Shown: positions 54,369 to 63,930 of the stretch, piece after piece | Position numbering within the stretch: the stretch's first letter is position 1 | Layout of the letters: each line of letters starts with the position of its first letter | IMG/VR virus record: IMGVR_UViG_3300031787_000010 | Location: 73,429 to 137,428 of that record | Length of the DNA: 64,000 bases | DNA from: a virus | Taxonomy: Duplodnaviria; Heunggongvirae; Uroviricota; Caudoviricetes | Strand: one strand, 5' to 3' | Notes under the pieces: model-generated | Told to the model about the DNA's origin: nothing | What the model saw: only the letters and a program-made list of their open reading frames with translations | Database searches by the model: none | Made by a program: the position numbers and the translations under genes

Positions 54369-56234
54369 TTATTGTACTTCACATCCACCACCACCACAAG
54401 CAACTTCACCTTGTAGATTGGTGTTATCTGCTGTTTCTACAACCTTCCGTAAATCGATATTGTGGAGATGTGACACCAATTCTTTATATTCTGCTTCGCT
54501 AATATCTTCGAAGGGTGCCTGCATATAAGTATGGTCTGCAAATGGGAGGACACTTAATGCCGTAAAGTTTTCACGATTTTCCCACATCCACTCACCAACA
54601 CCTTCCCACTCATCTGGCTTAATAGTGACGGTAACGGATACGTTATTCTTGTTTGCTCCACCACGATGACCAGGCTTCACCCATTCCTTCCAAACCTTTG
54701 ATACACGCTTCAAAAGATCAAGTGCCGTTTCTTGGCGTGTTACCGCGCCTTCTGGAGCACGTTGTGGAATACTGATAACCGCCTGTTGATTTGGCTTAAA
54801 GAATTCATCTTCAAGAATCTCTGGATGGTTTTCAATCAAGTAGTTGTAAATACTTTCATTCTTACCAACACGGATGCGACGAATGTAGAAATCGTTATGC
54901 CATGCGTGAATACCAGATGATGTCCCTAGAACTAACGACGAAGTTCCCTCCGGCTTTACTGTAGTACATCTGGATGCACGGTTCGTTCCAATTAGCTCCG
55001 CAACTCGGGCATTTTCCTCCTTCACGATGTTTGCCGCGCTCTTCATATCCAAGTTCAGAACAGCACCCGCTGCAATACCCGTCATACTCACTCCGATGAG
55101 AGCTTCCTTTTCCGTTGTTCTCTTCCATATATCTCTCAAATAGTGAAAGTTAGTATATGATGCTTGAAGTGTTCCAATGAATGCTGCTGCCTTCGCACGT
55201 GCGTTAAAATCATCTTGGTCTTTAACGTCCCCAGCATTAATCGTAGTGAGGTTGCAGAATTGGAATGAACGAAGTGAAATTTCTGCACACGGATTCAATC
55301 CCCACGATGGGTCATTTGTGAAGAAGAAGCCAGGTTCACCAGAACCAGACATTTCAATCTTCTTCCAAAGTTCCAAGAATACTTCCTTCTCTACCTTATG
55401 ACGAACGATAACCGCACTGTTGTTTGAACGACCACGTTGTGGATTGGTTTCCCACCAGTTACCAAACTTACAGGTCAACATATCATCGTCATCTAAATCA
55501 AACAACGAAATCATTGCGGAACGACGAATACCACCCGACAATACTGCATCAGCGATATAACAAAGAATGTCATGCACTTCGAGTGTGGTAAGTTGTTCAC
55601 CGTTTTGCTTACGGTCGAAAATCTTTTGAATATTATGAAGCGCATCCTTGAGCGGTTCTGGACCAGGTGCCTTTCCGCCACTCGTAATCAACATCGCACC
55701 CTTCGGTCGAATGTCAGAGAAATCATAAACAGGCATTGCCTTACCACGCATGTATGCGGAGACAAGTACCTTGACTGCATCCGCCCATCCTTCGATGCTG
55801 TCACCAACAAGGTAACGACGAGTCTTGGTGGGTTTATTGATTTCTGGCAACTTCTCTACGTGGGCACGTTGTACGGAATATCCTACACCGGTACCAGAAA
55901 GTAGAAGGAACATTACTTCACTAAATGCATCTGGGTGGTCGATTGGTAGGAAACAGCAGTTGTACAACCGAGCGTTATTAATTTCAATTGGCTTACCAGC
56001 AAACTGTAGTGAACGCATAGATGGGAGAATCTTTTTGTCATATACAAATTTGTAAGCTTCTTCAATTTCTTTTTCTAAATTTGGGAACTTTTCTAAATGC
56101 ATCTTCTTGTTTCGATCAACAAGCTCCTTCCACGTTTCCCGTCGTTCCTTATTTGGAAGGTATTTTGAGTATTTCATAAATGTCGTGATTTCCGACAAAA
56201 TCTTTGATTCTAGCAACATCTTGCTATTCTCCAC
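54369..56234 (-). CDS. ribonucleotide reductase (likely class II, NrdJ-like)
   Basis: Active-site NPCAEISL (N-x-C-x-E) and a C-terminal Cys tail ACGGGGCEVQ. Operon context with thioredoxins and dUTPase. Confidence 0.6.
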   Translation of the reverse strand: MENSKMLLESKILSEITTFMKYSKYLPNKERRETWKELVDRNKKMHLEKFPNLEKEIEEAYKFVYDKKILPSMRSLQFAGKPIEINNARLYNCCFLPIDHPDAFSEVMFLLLSGTGVGYSVQRAHVEKLPEINKPTKTRRYLVGDSIEGWADAVKVLVSAYMRGKAMPVYDFSDIRPKGAMLITSGGKAPGPEPLKDALHNIQKIFDRKQNGEQLTTLEVHDILCYIADAVLSGGIRRSAMISLFDLDDDDMLTCKFGNWWETNPQRGRSNNSAVIVRHKVEKEVFLELWKKIEMSGSGEPGFFFTNDPSWGLNPCAEISLRSFQFCNLTTINAGDVKDQDDFNARAKAAAFIGTLQASYTNFHYLRDIWKRTTEKEALIGVSMTGIAAGAVLNLDMKSAANIVKEENARVAELIGTNRASRCTTVKPEGTSSLVLGTSSGIHAWHNDFYIRRIRVGKNESIYNYLIENHPEILEDEFFKPNQQAVISIPQRAPEGAVTRQETALDLLKRVSKVWKEWVKPGHRGGANKNNVSVTVTIKPDEWEGVGEWMWENRENFTALSVLPFADHTYMQAPFEDISEAEYKELVSHLHNIDLRKVVETADNTNLQGEVACGGGGCEVQ

Positions 56235-56267
56235 ATCGGTTAAAGTTTATAGGTTCTAATAAGTATA

Positions 56268-57656
56268 TCACTCTTCGTCAGAAAAATCGCTGTGTAATTC
56301 ATTAAATTTCTTCGCCAACGTTTTCTTTAACATACTCTCTCCAGCCTGCATTTGCTTCTTCAACAAAATACCCTTTGAGGAGTTTTCATCATATATTTCA
56401 ATCTTACCGAGGCTAGTATTCATGTATACGGGAAGCGTAATACCGTCAGCCCCAAATCGATTCTTCATTAAGTGTGCACGACCTGTGTGATTGGCTTTAT
56501 CTTCTAGCTTACGGGATAGGGAGATTACGAGGTCGGCGGTCATAATCTTATTGTAGGATTCGGAAATCTTATCGGCCTGAATGATGTCATCCTGAATACT
56601 AGAACGTTGAGTTTGTGAGGCCGTCCAACACGGAATACCCAACTCACCACTCATTCCACGAATTTCTTCATAGATGGCACCCAACTCTTGATAACGGGCA
56701 TCTGCTCTATCCACAGACCGCATCAAATCAGCGTAGTCAATCAACATAATATCCGGCTTCATCTTATTACCGATTAAGTGTTCAAGATGTGCTCGAAGTG
56801 TGTGTACAGTTACACTACGTGCAGGATAATACTTGATAATAATATCGCCAGGTATGTTATCTACCATATCACGCACTTTATCTGGATGGCTTGTGATACT
56901 ACCAGGTTCGATTCCCGTAAAGATGGTATCATATCGAAGCCCAACGTAATTTTCATTTAATTCAAGTGTATAGTGTACAACACGTTTTCCAGCTTTAGCA
57001 GCATTTGCTCCAATCGTAGCAAGCGCCCAACTCTTACCAATACCAGAAGGTGCGGCAATGACTCCAAGCTCTCCAGCAGCCAATCCACCACCCGTGAACG
57101 CATCAATAGCGTCCCAACCCGTTGGTACACAAATACGAGAGACGCCAGCAAGACGCATCGCAATATCTTCTTTCCAATTATGTCCGATATTACGAGGTTG
57201 TCCTGCTCGGAGTGCCCCATCAATAATATTTTTGATTTCACCATATTGACCAACTTGCAAAAGATCAACAGATTTTACAATCGCAGACTTTAATGCTTGA
57301 TTCTTTGCAAAGTCCAAGAAACTATCCTTAACGTATTCCAAATCATCATCGTTCTTTCTTTGGAATGCGGTACGAAGTTGCTCTTTTACAGCAACCTTCA
57401 AAACTTCATCCTTTTCCTTTTCTAACTCAAGCTTAAAAACCTCAAGTGTTGGAAGGGACTTGTAATTACCAAAATAATTTATAGTTTCTTCGACAATCCA
57501 TTTACCAGCATCATTCTCAAAAAAGTTTGGATTCAACACATCAAGTGATTGCTGCAAAAATTCAGTAGATGACAAAATACATGCCATTACCTTTGCTTGA
57601 AATGAAGGACCAAACTTTGCTAGATTGTCTACGTTCGTATCATGCTGTGGAGTCAT
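56268..57656 (-). CDS. DnaB-family replicative helicase (gp41-like)
   Basis: Walker A APSGIGKSW and a DnaB C-terminal fold pattern. Confidence 0.85.
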   Translation of the reverse strand: MTPQHDTNVDNLAKFGPSFQAKVMACILSSTEFLQQSLDVLNPNFFENDAGKWIVEETINYFGNYKSLPTLEVFKLELEKEKDEVLKVAVKEQLRTAFQRKNDDDLEYVKDSFLDFAKNQALKSAIVKSVDLLQVGQYGEIKNIIDGALRAGQPRNIGHNWKEDIAMRLAGVSRICVPTGWDAIDAFTGGGLAAGELGVIAAPSGIGKSWALATIGANAAKAGKRVVHYTLELNENYVGLRYDTIFTGIEPGSITSHPDKVRDMVDNIPGDIIIKYYPARSVTVHTLRAHLEHLIGNKMKPDIMLIDYADLMRSVDRADARYQELGAIYEEIRGMSGELGIPCWTASQTQRSSIQDDIIQADKISESYNKIMTADLVISLSRKLEDKANHTGRAHLMKNRFGADGITLPVYMNTSLGKIEIYDENSSKGILLKKQMQAGESMLKKTLAKKFNELHSDFSDEE

Positions 57657-58692
57657 TGTGGAACCTATTTAATGGTATAAAATTCTGAGCTATCCAACTG
57701 TCGTAATGTTGGAAACCTCCTAGTAACTTATTCTTCATCATCAACTTTGTCAAGTCGTATTTACGCAACTCAACAGTATGATTATGAAACATATTCGCAA
57801 CTTTTAAACGTGCATCGTTTGACATAATTCCTTCATGCAAGTTCATTAATACTATATTACGTTCAACTATATCTTTATTACCTAAAATGTTTTGTATCAT
57901 CTTGGGTACTTTCTTTTCATTTGCATATTTTTGTTCAATAAAATCAATAGAGATGGTTGCCGATGGATCTGCGATTTCTGGAATATACTTCTTTAATGTA
58001 GTTTCTCCAACGCCTTTTACTCCATCAATGTTATCACTCTTGTCACCGTTTAATGCACGGAAGAAGTGAAAGTGTGCGGGATGAATACCATAATCTTCCA
58101 AGATAACATCCACATCAAATGTTTTCTTTTTAACAGGATTATATACCTTGACGTTTTCACTTGCTAGCTGAAAGAAGTCTTTATCCGTTGAATAGATAAT
58201 ACTCTTCCCACCTTCTTGTGTAACCAGTTGTGAAAGATATGCAATCACATCGTCTGCTTCCACGTTATCCAACGCAAGAATTGTCAACGGTAAACATTCT
58301 AACATTTCTATCAGAGTGACCAATTGCCACTTCATATTTTCTTTTTCTTGCTCATCCGTTGTTAAATCATATGCACGATTCAAACGCACTGGTGGCTTTC
58401 GGTTTGCCTTGTACTGTGGGTATATCTTACGTCTGCGTTGACTTCCACCTTTCCCGTCAAACACGACAACACAACGTGTCGGTTTAAAGGTACGGATGGC
58501 AAGACCAAGACTCTTAAGAAATCCCATCATTCCACCAATATGATTACCATCTTCATCCATCGAAGGAACAGCGGCATAAGAACGTATGAATAAATTCATC
58601 GCATCGATTAACAGGACATGGGAATTATATCCCATGCCCTGCTCGTCGTTTTCAAACTTCATATTTTGAAATATATCTTGTAAGTTAACCAT
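57640..58692 (-). CDS. RNase H / 5'-3' flap endonuclease (T4 rnh-like)
   Basis: LLIDAMNLFIRSY and acidic cluster motifs of the FEN family. Confidence 0.8.
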   Translation of the reverse strand: MVNLQDIFQNMKFENDEQGMGYNSHVLLIDAMNLFIRSYAAVPSMDEDGNHIGGMMGFLKSLGLAIRTFKPTRCVVVFDGKGGSQRRRKIYPQYKANRKPPVRLNRAYDLTTDEQEKENMKWQLVTLIEMLECLPLTILALDNVEADDVIAYLSQLVTQEGGKSIIYSTDKDFFQLASENVKVYNPVKKKTFDVDVILEDYGIHPAHFHFFRALNGDKSDNIDGVKGVGETTLKKYIPEIADPSATISIDFIEQKYANEKKVPKMIQNILGNKDIVERNIVLMNLHEGIMSNDARLKVANMFHNHTVELRKYDLTKLMMKNKLLGGFQHYDSWIAQNFIPLNRFHNDSTA

Positions 58693-58906
58693 TTAGTAAT
58701 TGCCTTGTGGTAGTACTTTTTGTTTCAGGAGAATATTTCCATCCGAACAAAAGTCTTACCATAAATTTATGAAACCAATTTGGATGCTTCTTATATACTG
58801 GAAATCGTGTACCACCGATATCCCAATGTCCCACATGCAACGCTGGAACAATAGCGGCATGTGAGAAATTGGAATAGGTCCGTGTATTATTCGTCGTCTG
58901 ATGCAT
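58685..58906 (-). CDS. hypothetical protein (73 aa)
   Basis: ORF coupled between uvsX and rnh. Confidence 0.35.
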   Translation of the reverse strand: MHQTTNNTRTYSNFSHAAIVPALHVGHWDIGGTRFPVYKKHPNWFHKFMVRLLFGWKYSPETKSTTTRQLLNG

Positions 58907-60023
58907 CTGCGATACTCACTGCTTCAGGATCAAACTCACTCTGATACTTCATAATTAACGAATCACAAATCTCGTTGTAGAGTAGTTCCTTACGTTCCAT
59001 ATCTGATTCAAGGAATCCTGCGAACTCCTTCGATTGGAATTTGGTTTCTTCACCCGTTTCAGGATCTTCATAGGTGTACCACGCACCAGCTTGCTTCACA
59101 AGCTTCAAATCCTTCATCATCTTAAGCCACGCACCCGTATCATCAATACCACGATTGAAGTAAATCTCAAACTCAGCAGTACGATGCGGCGGTCCCAAAC
59201 GATTCTTCACAATGTTTGCTTTCACCTTTACACCAATTACATCACCCGATGAGTTATTAATCTTTCCCATCAAATTCAATCGGAGACGAGTCGAAGCATG
59301 GAACGCAATCGCCTTACCACCCGAGGTTGTCCACGGGTCAGAGAATGCCATAGCGTTGAGCTTCTGACGGAGTTGATTGGTAAAGACGAGTGCAATCTTT
59401 TCTCTGCCAAGTAGGCCGGTAATCTTTCGCATCGCCTTACTGATGATGATAGCCTTGTCCGTTGCATACCCATCCTTACCGAAGTCGGCTTCCATTTCTT
59501 TCTTCGTCGAAGCTGCGGCAACAGAGTCCACGACAATCGTAACCAACTTGTCCTTATCCTTTCCAGAACGGACTTTTTCAATAATTGTAGTAATTGCATC
59601 AAAGATTTCCTCAACAGTCTGGAGATGAACATAAACCAGCTTGTTCGTATCAATCCCAACTGCACGGAAGAACTCTGGATTGACTGCGGTTTCTGTGTCA
59701 ATCAGAACACCAACACCACCGCGTTTCTGTGTGTTTGCAATGAGCTGTGCACCGAGTAGAGACTTACCACTACCTTCCAATCCCGTCAATTCGGTAATAC
59801 GACCAACAGCGATACCACCATGCGGACGATTACTAATAGCAACGTCAAGCATCGTAGCACCGGTAGAAATAAAATCTGTAAAGTCGGTAGGCGTTTCTTC
59901 ACGACCATCAAGGAAGAATGCAATCTGGTCGCTGTCTTTGTTTAACTTGTTTAGTGACTCTGCGATAAGAGACGCCAACTCGTCGCGGTCTGGTTCTTGA
60001 ATAACCTTCTTTTCTTTTGCCAT
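58887..60023 (-). CDS. UvsX/RecA-family recombinase
   Basis: GRITELTGLEGSGKSLL Walker A. Start set at MAKEKK (60023), which has a GAGGA RBS and removes the overlap with the gp32-like gene. Confidence 0.85.
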   Translation of the reverse strand: MAKEKKVIQEPDRDELASLIAESLNKLNKDSDQIAFFLDGREETPTDFTDFISTGATMLDVAISNRPHGGIAVGRITELTGLEGSGKSLLGAQLIANTQKRGGVGVLIDTETAVNPEFFRAVGIDTNKLVYVHLQTVEEIFDAITTIIEKVRSGKDKDKLVTIVVDSVAAASTKKEMEADFGKDGYATDKAIIISKAMRKITGLLGREKIALVFTNQLRQKLNAMAFSDPWTTSGGKAIAFHASTRLRLNLMGKINNSSGDVIGVKVKANIVKNRLGPPHRTAEFEIYFNRGIDDTGAWLKMMKDLKLVKQAGAWYTYEDPETGEETKFQSKEFAGFLESDMERKELLYNEICDSLIMKYQSEFDPEAVSIADASDDE

Positions 60024-60061
60024 ATATGTCCTCAAATGTGAAAACGCAAGGGTACCCCACA

Positions 60062-60091
60062 AATATAGTAGGGTACCACCTGCGTTGTCAA
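60062..60091 (-). promoter_or_regulatory. sigma70 promoter TTGACA-N18-TATATT upstream of uvsX
   Basis: The -10 is bracketed by the GGTACCC/GGGTACC inverted repeat (60051-60057 and 60071-60077). Confidence 0.5.
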
Positions 60092-60096
60092 GTGTA

Positions 60097-60879
60097 TTAG
60101 TTAAATACTTCGTCGAATTCGTCAATCATATCTTTGACTGACGTTGACTTCTGCGTAGTCGCAGACTTTGTTGCTGTCACGGACTTTGGTTCGTCCTTAG
60201 CGACAGGCGCCGATACCGTTGCCTTACTATCAGGGTCAAGATAACGCTCGAGAGCGACCTTAAGCTCCTCATAAGTGGGTTCCTTAAAGATTGCACGAAG
60301 GTCGGGCTGATTCTCAAGGCATCCCTTGATCTTGTCAGCGGAATCCGAAAGCGGAGTCTGGTTCGGCTTTGGACGAACCATCGTCTTGGCGAAGTTCGTG
60401 TCGGACTTCTCCTGTGGGATATACTCAACCACAATATCACGACCATTCTTTACGTCTGTGATGTCGCCGTAATCGGGGTCAGCGATGATAGAAAGAAGTT
60501 CCTGATAAACCGTCTTACCGAATGACATAAATCGAACACCCTTCTCTTCCTCACCACGAACGACGATGGGAACAAAGGTACGGAGCTTCGGACGGAAAGG
60601 ACGAGCCTGTGCGTAATCGTCTTTAGTACCTCCCGACGCAATCTCCTCAGCGAATTCCATAATCGGATCGCGATTACCATACGAGGTCGGGGAAAGATAG
60701 GTCTTGTTACCTAGATAATGAAAATACAGTTCAGCAAAAGGATTTTCCTTGTTTTCCTTCCACGGAACAATACGAACGACCGTCTTACCTTCGGTCGGCT
60801 TCCAAAGTGCTTCTGAACGTTCACCCTGGCGATTAAACTGGTTAAGTTTAGCTTTTAGTGCGGCAATGTTTAGACTCAT
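60097..60879 (-). CDS. gp32-like single-stranded DNA-binding protein
   Basis: N-terminal pattern KLNQFNRQGE..LWKPTEGKTVVRIVPWKENKENPFAELYFHY parallels the T4 gp32 N-terminus; an acidic C-terminus is also present. Confidence 0.65.
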   Translation of the reverse strand: MSLNIAALKAKLNQFNRQGERSEALWKPTEGKTVVRIVPWKENKENPFAELYFHYLGNKTYLSPTSYGNRDPIMEFAEEIASGGTKDDYAQARPFRPKLRTFVPIVVRGEEEKGVRFMSFGKTVYQELLSIIADPDYGDITDVKNGRDIVVEYIPQEKSDTNFAKTMVRPKPNQTPLSDSADKIKGCLENQPDLRAIFKEPTYEELKVALERYLDPDSKATVSAPVAKDEPKSVTATKSATTQKSTSVKDMIDEFDEVFN

Positions 60880-60932
60880 TTTACTTCTCCTTAATGTTTA
60901 GTGTTTAGTGAGTTTACAACTCCCTATCAATA

Positions 60933-60961
60933 ATATTAATAGGGCCCTGCTTATATGTCAA
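60933..60961 (-). promoter_or_regulatory. sigma70 promoter TTGACA-N17-TAATAT upstream of the gp32-like gene
   Basis: The -10 is bracketed by CCCTAT/ATAGGG (60922-60927 and 60939-60944). The long 5'UTR contains the AAACACT direct repeat. Confidence 0.5.
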
Positions 60962-60967
60962 GTGTGT

Positions 60968-61792
60968 TTAGCGATTATTTATCCAAAATACTCTTACTTT
61001 AATTTTTGATTGTCGGCCTTCTGGTAATTGATTATTAAGACCGTGAAATTCTTCAATCTTACTACGAAATAAATATACTAACATTTCATTAGTATTCAAA
61101 TTTAATACGATTTGGCTTGTGGTACTCATTTCCGCTGTATCACGTGCCATATTTAACATAGAATTTTTTGGGTAGAACGGTTGTCGAAGAGCACGCGCTA
61201 TATCGTGATAATCATTAACTGCTGATAACTGTTTTTCTGCACTTATCTTACGAATCTTTGAAGATAAATATTTTATACCTTCTGTATATCCTGCGTCGGT
61301 ATATAAGTGCCCGTGATTGGTACGAACAGTAATATCTTCCATATTCAATGGTTTGATGCTCACCGCATGTCTTGACGTATTTTCTATGACCGCTCCTTGT
61401 CGAGCGTTTGCTACAATCGTGTGTCCCTTGATGCCACCGTCAAATCCAGCCGCAGACTTTATGGCTCCTTTTAAATCTTTGTGACCTAACGCAGCCATAA
61501 CGCGTGGAGCGTCTTGGGATTTTTGTCCAGACTTTTTAACTAATTGTTTTTCTTTTTCGTCAAATCCTACCATCAATGCGGTATTTAAAATACCAATACC
61601 GTGTTCATTCATACCTTCAACCCATCCAGTTGTCATATCATGAAATAAACACACCTCGGTATTATCCACCAATCGTCGAACAATTTCAACTTGTGGGTTG
61701 TATGATCTATCACGATTCTTTGCTATAATGACATTAGAACCGATTGTAGATGCGGCTACAATACATTCCCCAAGATGTGATGGTGTGTTCAT
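60968..61792 (-). CDS. hypothetical protein (274 aa)
   Basis: No firm motif; an N-terminal Cys at position 10 could indicate an Ntn-hydrolase fold. Confidence 0.4.
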   Translation of the reverse strand: MNTPSHLGECIVAASTIGSNVIIAKNRDRSYNPQVEIVRRLVDNTEVCLFHDMTTGWVEGMNEHGIGILNTALMVGFDEKEKQLVKKSGQKSQDAPRVMAALGHKDLKGAIKSAAGFDGGIKGHTIVANARQGAVIENTSRHAVSIKPLNMEDITVRTNHGHLYTDAGYTEGIKYLSSKIRKISAEKQLSAVNDYHDIARALRQPFYPKNSMLNMARDTAEMSTTSQIVLNLNTNEMLVYLFRSKIEEFHGLNNQLPEGRQSKIKVRVFWINNR

Positions 61793-61797
61793 ATGTT

Positions 61798-62199
61798 TTA
61801 ACAGTCAATAATTTTAGATAATTTTGTATTAATAGCCTTAAGTTTTCCGTAAGCTGTTACTAACACCATATTTTTTAACTCGGTCCAATCAATTTTGTAC
61901 GATGTATCTAAAACGCCACCATTTTTTTGTTCTATCAATTTGTTGATTGCGTTTATAGTATAAATTGTATTTGTGTGCTTTTTTCTGTGTACTGAAATTG
62001 TTGACGGTGGTGGTGTTAACTTCAAGCTATCACTCTTTGCAACGTTATACGTTAGAATGAGTTGTGAAGCATCTTCAACGTTTTCCAACAAATAGACTTT
62101 ATTAAACATTAATTTATATGTAGCTTTTATGTCGTCTATTGTCTTTTCCAATCCGTCTACCGTTGTAAACGTACACAGTAGTTGGGTTTGTTCTTCCAT
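61798..62199 (-). CDS. hypothetical protein (133 aa)
   Basis: ORF in operon context. Confidence 0.4.
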   Translation of the reverse strand: MEEQTQLLCTFTTVDGLEKTIDDIKATYKLMFNKVYLLENVEDASQLILTYNVAKSDSLKLTPPPSTISVHRKKHTNTIYTINAINKLIEQKNGGVLDTSYKIDWTELKNMVLVTAYGKLKAINTKLSKIIDC

Positions 62200-62250
62200 A
62201 TCTATACCTATTGAAAGAGAAATACTTCCAATAAATATAATTTAGATATG

Positions 62251-63525
62251 TCAAAGTTCCTCTTTTAGAACATCATAATTGATTCCTGAATACAATCTTA
62301 CTGGGAAGTTTTCTTGTTGTAGTATCTCCCGAATATCGTGTTTTATTGTACTTATCTCGTCAGGATGGCAATCTAACAGAATTGCATCATAAGTGTAAAG
62401 AATCAATTTAGATTTCTTATCTTCAAGATATTCCAAAACACTTTTTAGTTTAGGAATTGTTTTTTCAAATTCATAACATTGGACAAAATAATTAAACAAC
62501 TTATGTTCGGAAACATCTTGGTCTTGAACGTGAATTCGTCTTTTACTGATTGGTGCAACAAATCCTCTTTCTTGATAATCTGAATAAATACGGCGTGACA
62601 GTTCCTTAATACTTTTTAGTAGTGGAATGTCAGTTTCTACATCAGCACCATAGAGGATACTAAACGTGATTTGTTTACCTTCCTCATATTCTTCTTTTGT
62701 GAGAAAGTCTTTTTGATAATACTGCTTCGCCAAATACGTGTGAATTGGTTCGATTGGCATATCGATATTCATATAATGTCCAATCAATCTTAAGTGATAT
62801 GCTTCAAAATCCATCTGCACTAGATTTCCACCAGCGAATCTACTTATAAACGCTGCACGACTGCCATCCGTTTTGTTTAACGCGGCAAAATTAATTTTTC
62901 CAAATCTGTTACTAGGTCTACCGGTCATAGTATATGGATGATATTGTGAGTATACCAACCCATCTGTAATCAACCGACTTACCTTATCACCAAAATGTGA
63001 AATCAATAGCTTTTCATCTACAGCCAAACCAGCCGATTCAATTTTTCGTAAAACCGATACAGCAATTTTAATAAATGTATTTTCCATACCAGCTATATCA
63101 TCTGCACCATTTAGTTTATGTAATATAGTGTTATGATATTTTCTAATTACACTAGACCAGACTGTAATAGGAACTATTTTATTCACATCCTTTGTATTCT
63201 GAAACATCATATGCGTTTCTTTTACATACCAAGAAAATACATCTTCAATCTCTGGAAAAGACATATTTGCTACATAACCTAAAGTATTTATACGATCTGT
63301 GTGGAGTGTAAGAAATGTATTTTTAGGTACATCGAATATTGGTGCATCTTGATGTGTAATAGATAATGTATAAAAGTCGCCATTAAAAAATGTATACCCA
63401 ATGCATAACGTCGGATTAGACGCAGGATGTTTATGGATATCACGAAAAATCGGGGTGCATAAATGCATTTCCCGATTCATTCGTTCAACCAATTCATCAT
63501 ACTGTTGTTTATGATTAATAACCAT
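62251..63525 (-). CDS. minimal family-A DNA polymerase (polymerase domain only, no exonuclease)
   Basis: Pol I motif A LVQMDFEAYHLRLIGHY (Klenow LVSADYSQIELRIMAHL), motif B KQITFSILYG (Klenow KAINFGLIYG), motif C LILYTYDAILLD (Klenow MIMQVHDELVFE). Confidence 0.7.
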   Translation of the reverse strand: MVINHKQQYDELVERMNREMHLCTPIFRDIHKHPASNPTLCIGYTFFNGDFYTLSITHQDAPIFDVPKNTFLTLHTDRINTLGYVANMSFPEIEDVFSWYVKETHMMFQNTKDVNKIVPITVWSSVIRKYHNTILHKLNGADDIAGMENTFIKIAVSVLRKIESAGLAVDEKLLISHFGDKVSRLITDGLVYSQYHPYTMTGRPSNRFGKINFAALNKTDGSRAAFISRFAGGNLVQMDFEAYHLRLIGHYMNIDMPIEPIHTYLAKQYYQKDFLTKEEYEEGKQITFSILYGADVETDIPLLKSIKELSRRIYSDYQERGFVAPISKRRIHVQDQDVSEHKLFNYFVQCYEFEKTIPKLKSVLEYLEDKKSKLILYTYDAILLDCHPDEISTIKHDIREILQQENFPVRLYSGINYDVLKEEL

Positions 63526-63930
63526 TTATCCCTCGGACTGCCAATACTCCGTATAGTCTGTAATATACTTGTGGATACCACCAAATGTCAAGTCAGCTTT
63601 ACGAACCGACTCTTTGTTAGTATCCCGTACTCCCATAGAAGTTACCCCGTTAGATAATATAGTATTATCTTTTTTACCGACAATTCTCCACTTTACCATT
63701 GCTGTTATAAATCGTGGATTAGTTTTAAAATCAGAATATTGGCGTTCATCAATTTCCGATACATAATCAATATGATTACTCGGTCTTACAAAATATCGTT
63801 TAAGATATTTATTTTCTACGTCTTGTAATGTGACTATGGGAGGAGTCACTACAGGACTTTTTTCAAACTGTTCTAATATGTTTTTCTTATCTTTTGGGTA
63901 TATCTTGTTTATCAAATTAATGTCAGACAT
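63526..63930 (-). CDS. hypothetical protein; its TAA stop is immediately followed in frame by the ATG of the PolA-like gene
   Basis: 134 aa. TTGACA-N17-TAATAT abuts its ATG. Confidence 0.4.
   Translation of the reverse strand: MSDINLINKIYPKDKKNILEQFEKSPVVTPPIVTLQDVENKYLKRYFVRPSNHIDYVSEIDERQYSDFKTNPRFITAMVKWRIVGKKDNTILSNGVTSMGVRDTNKESVRKADLTFGGIHKYITDYTEYWQSEG

Noticed and set aside
59276-59701. Arg/Ser-rich 141-aa ORF inside uvsX in another frame
   Set aside because: Internal alternative-frame ORF with biased composition, which is typical of frame shadows in GC-skewed coding DNA.
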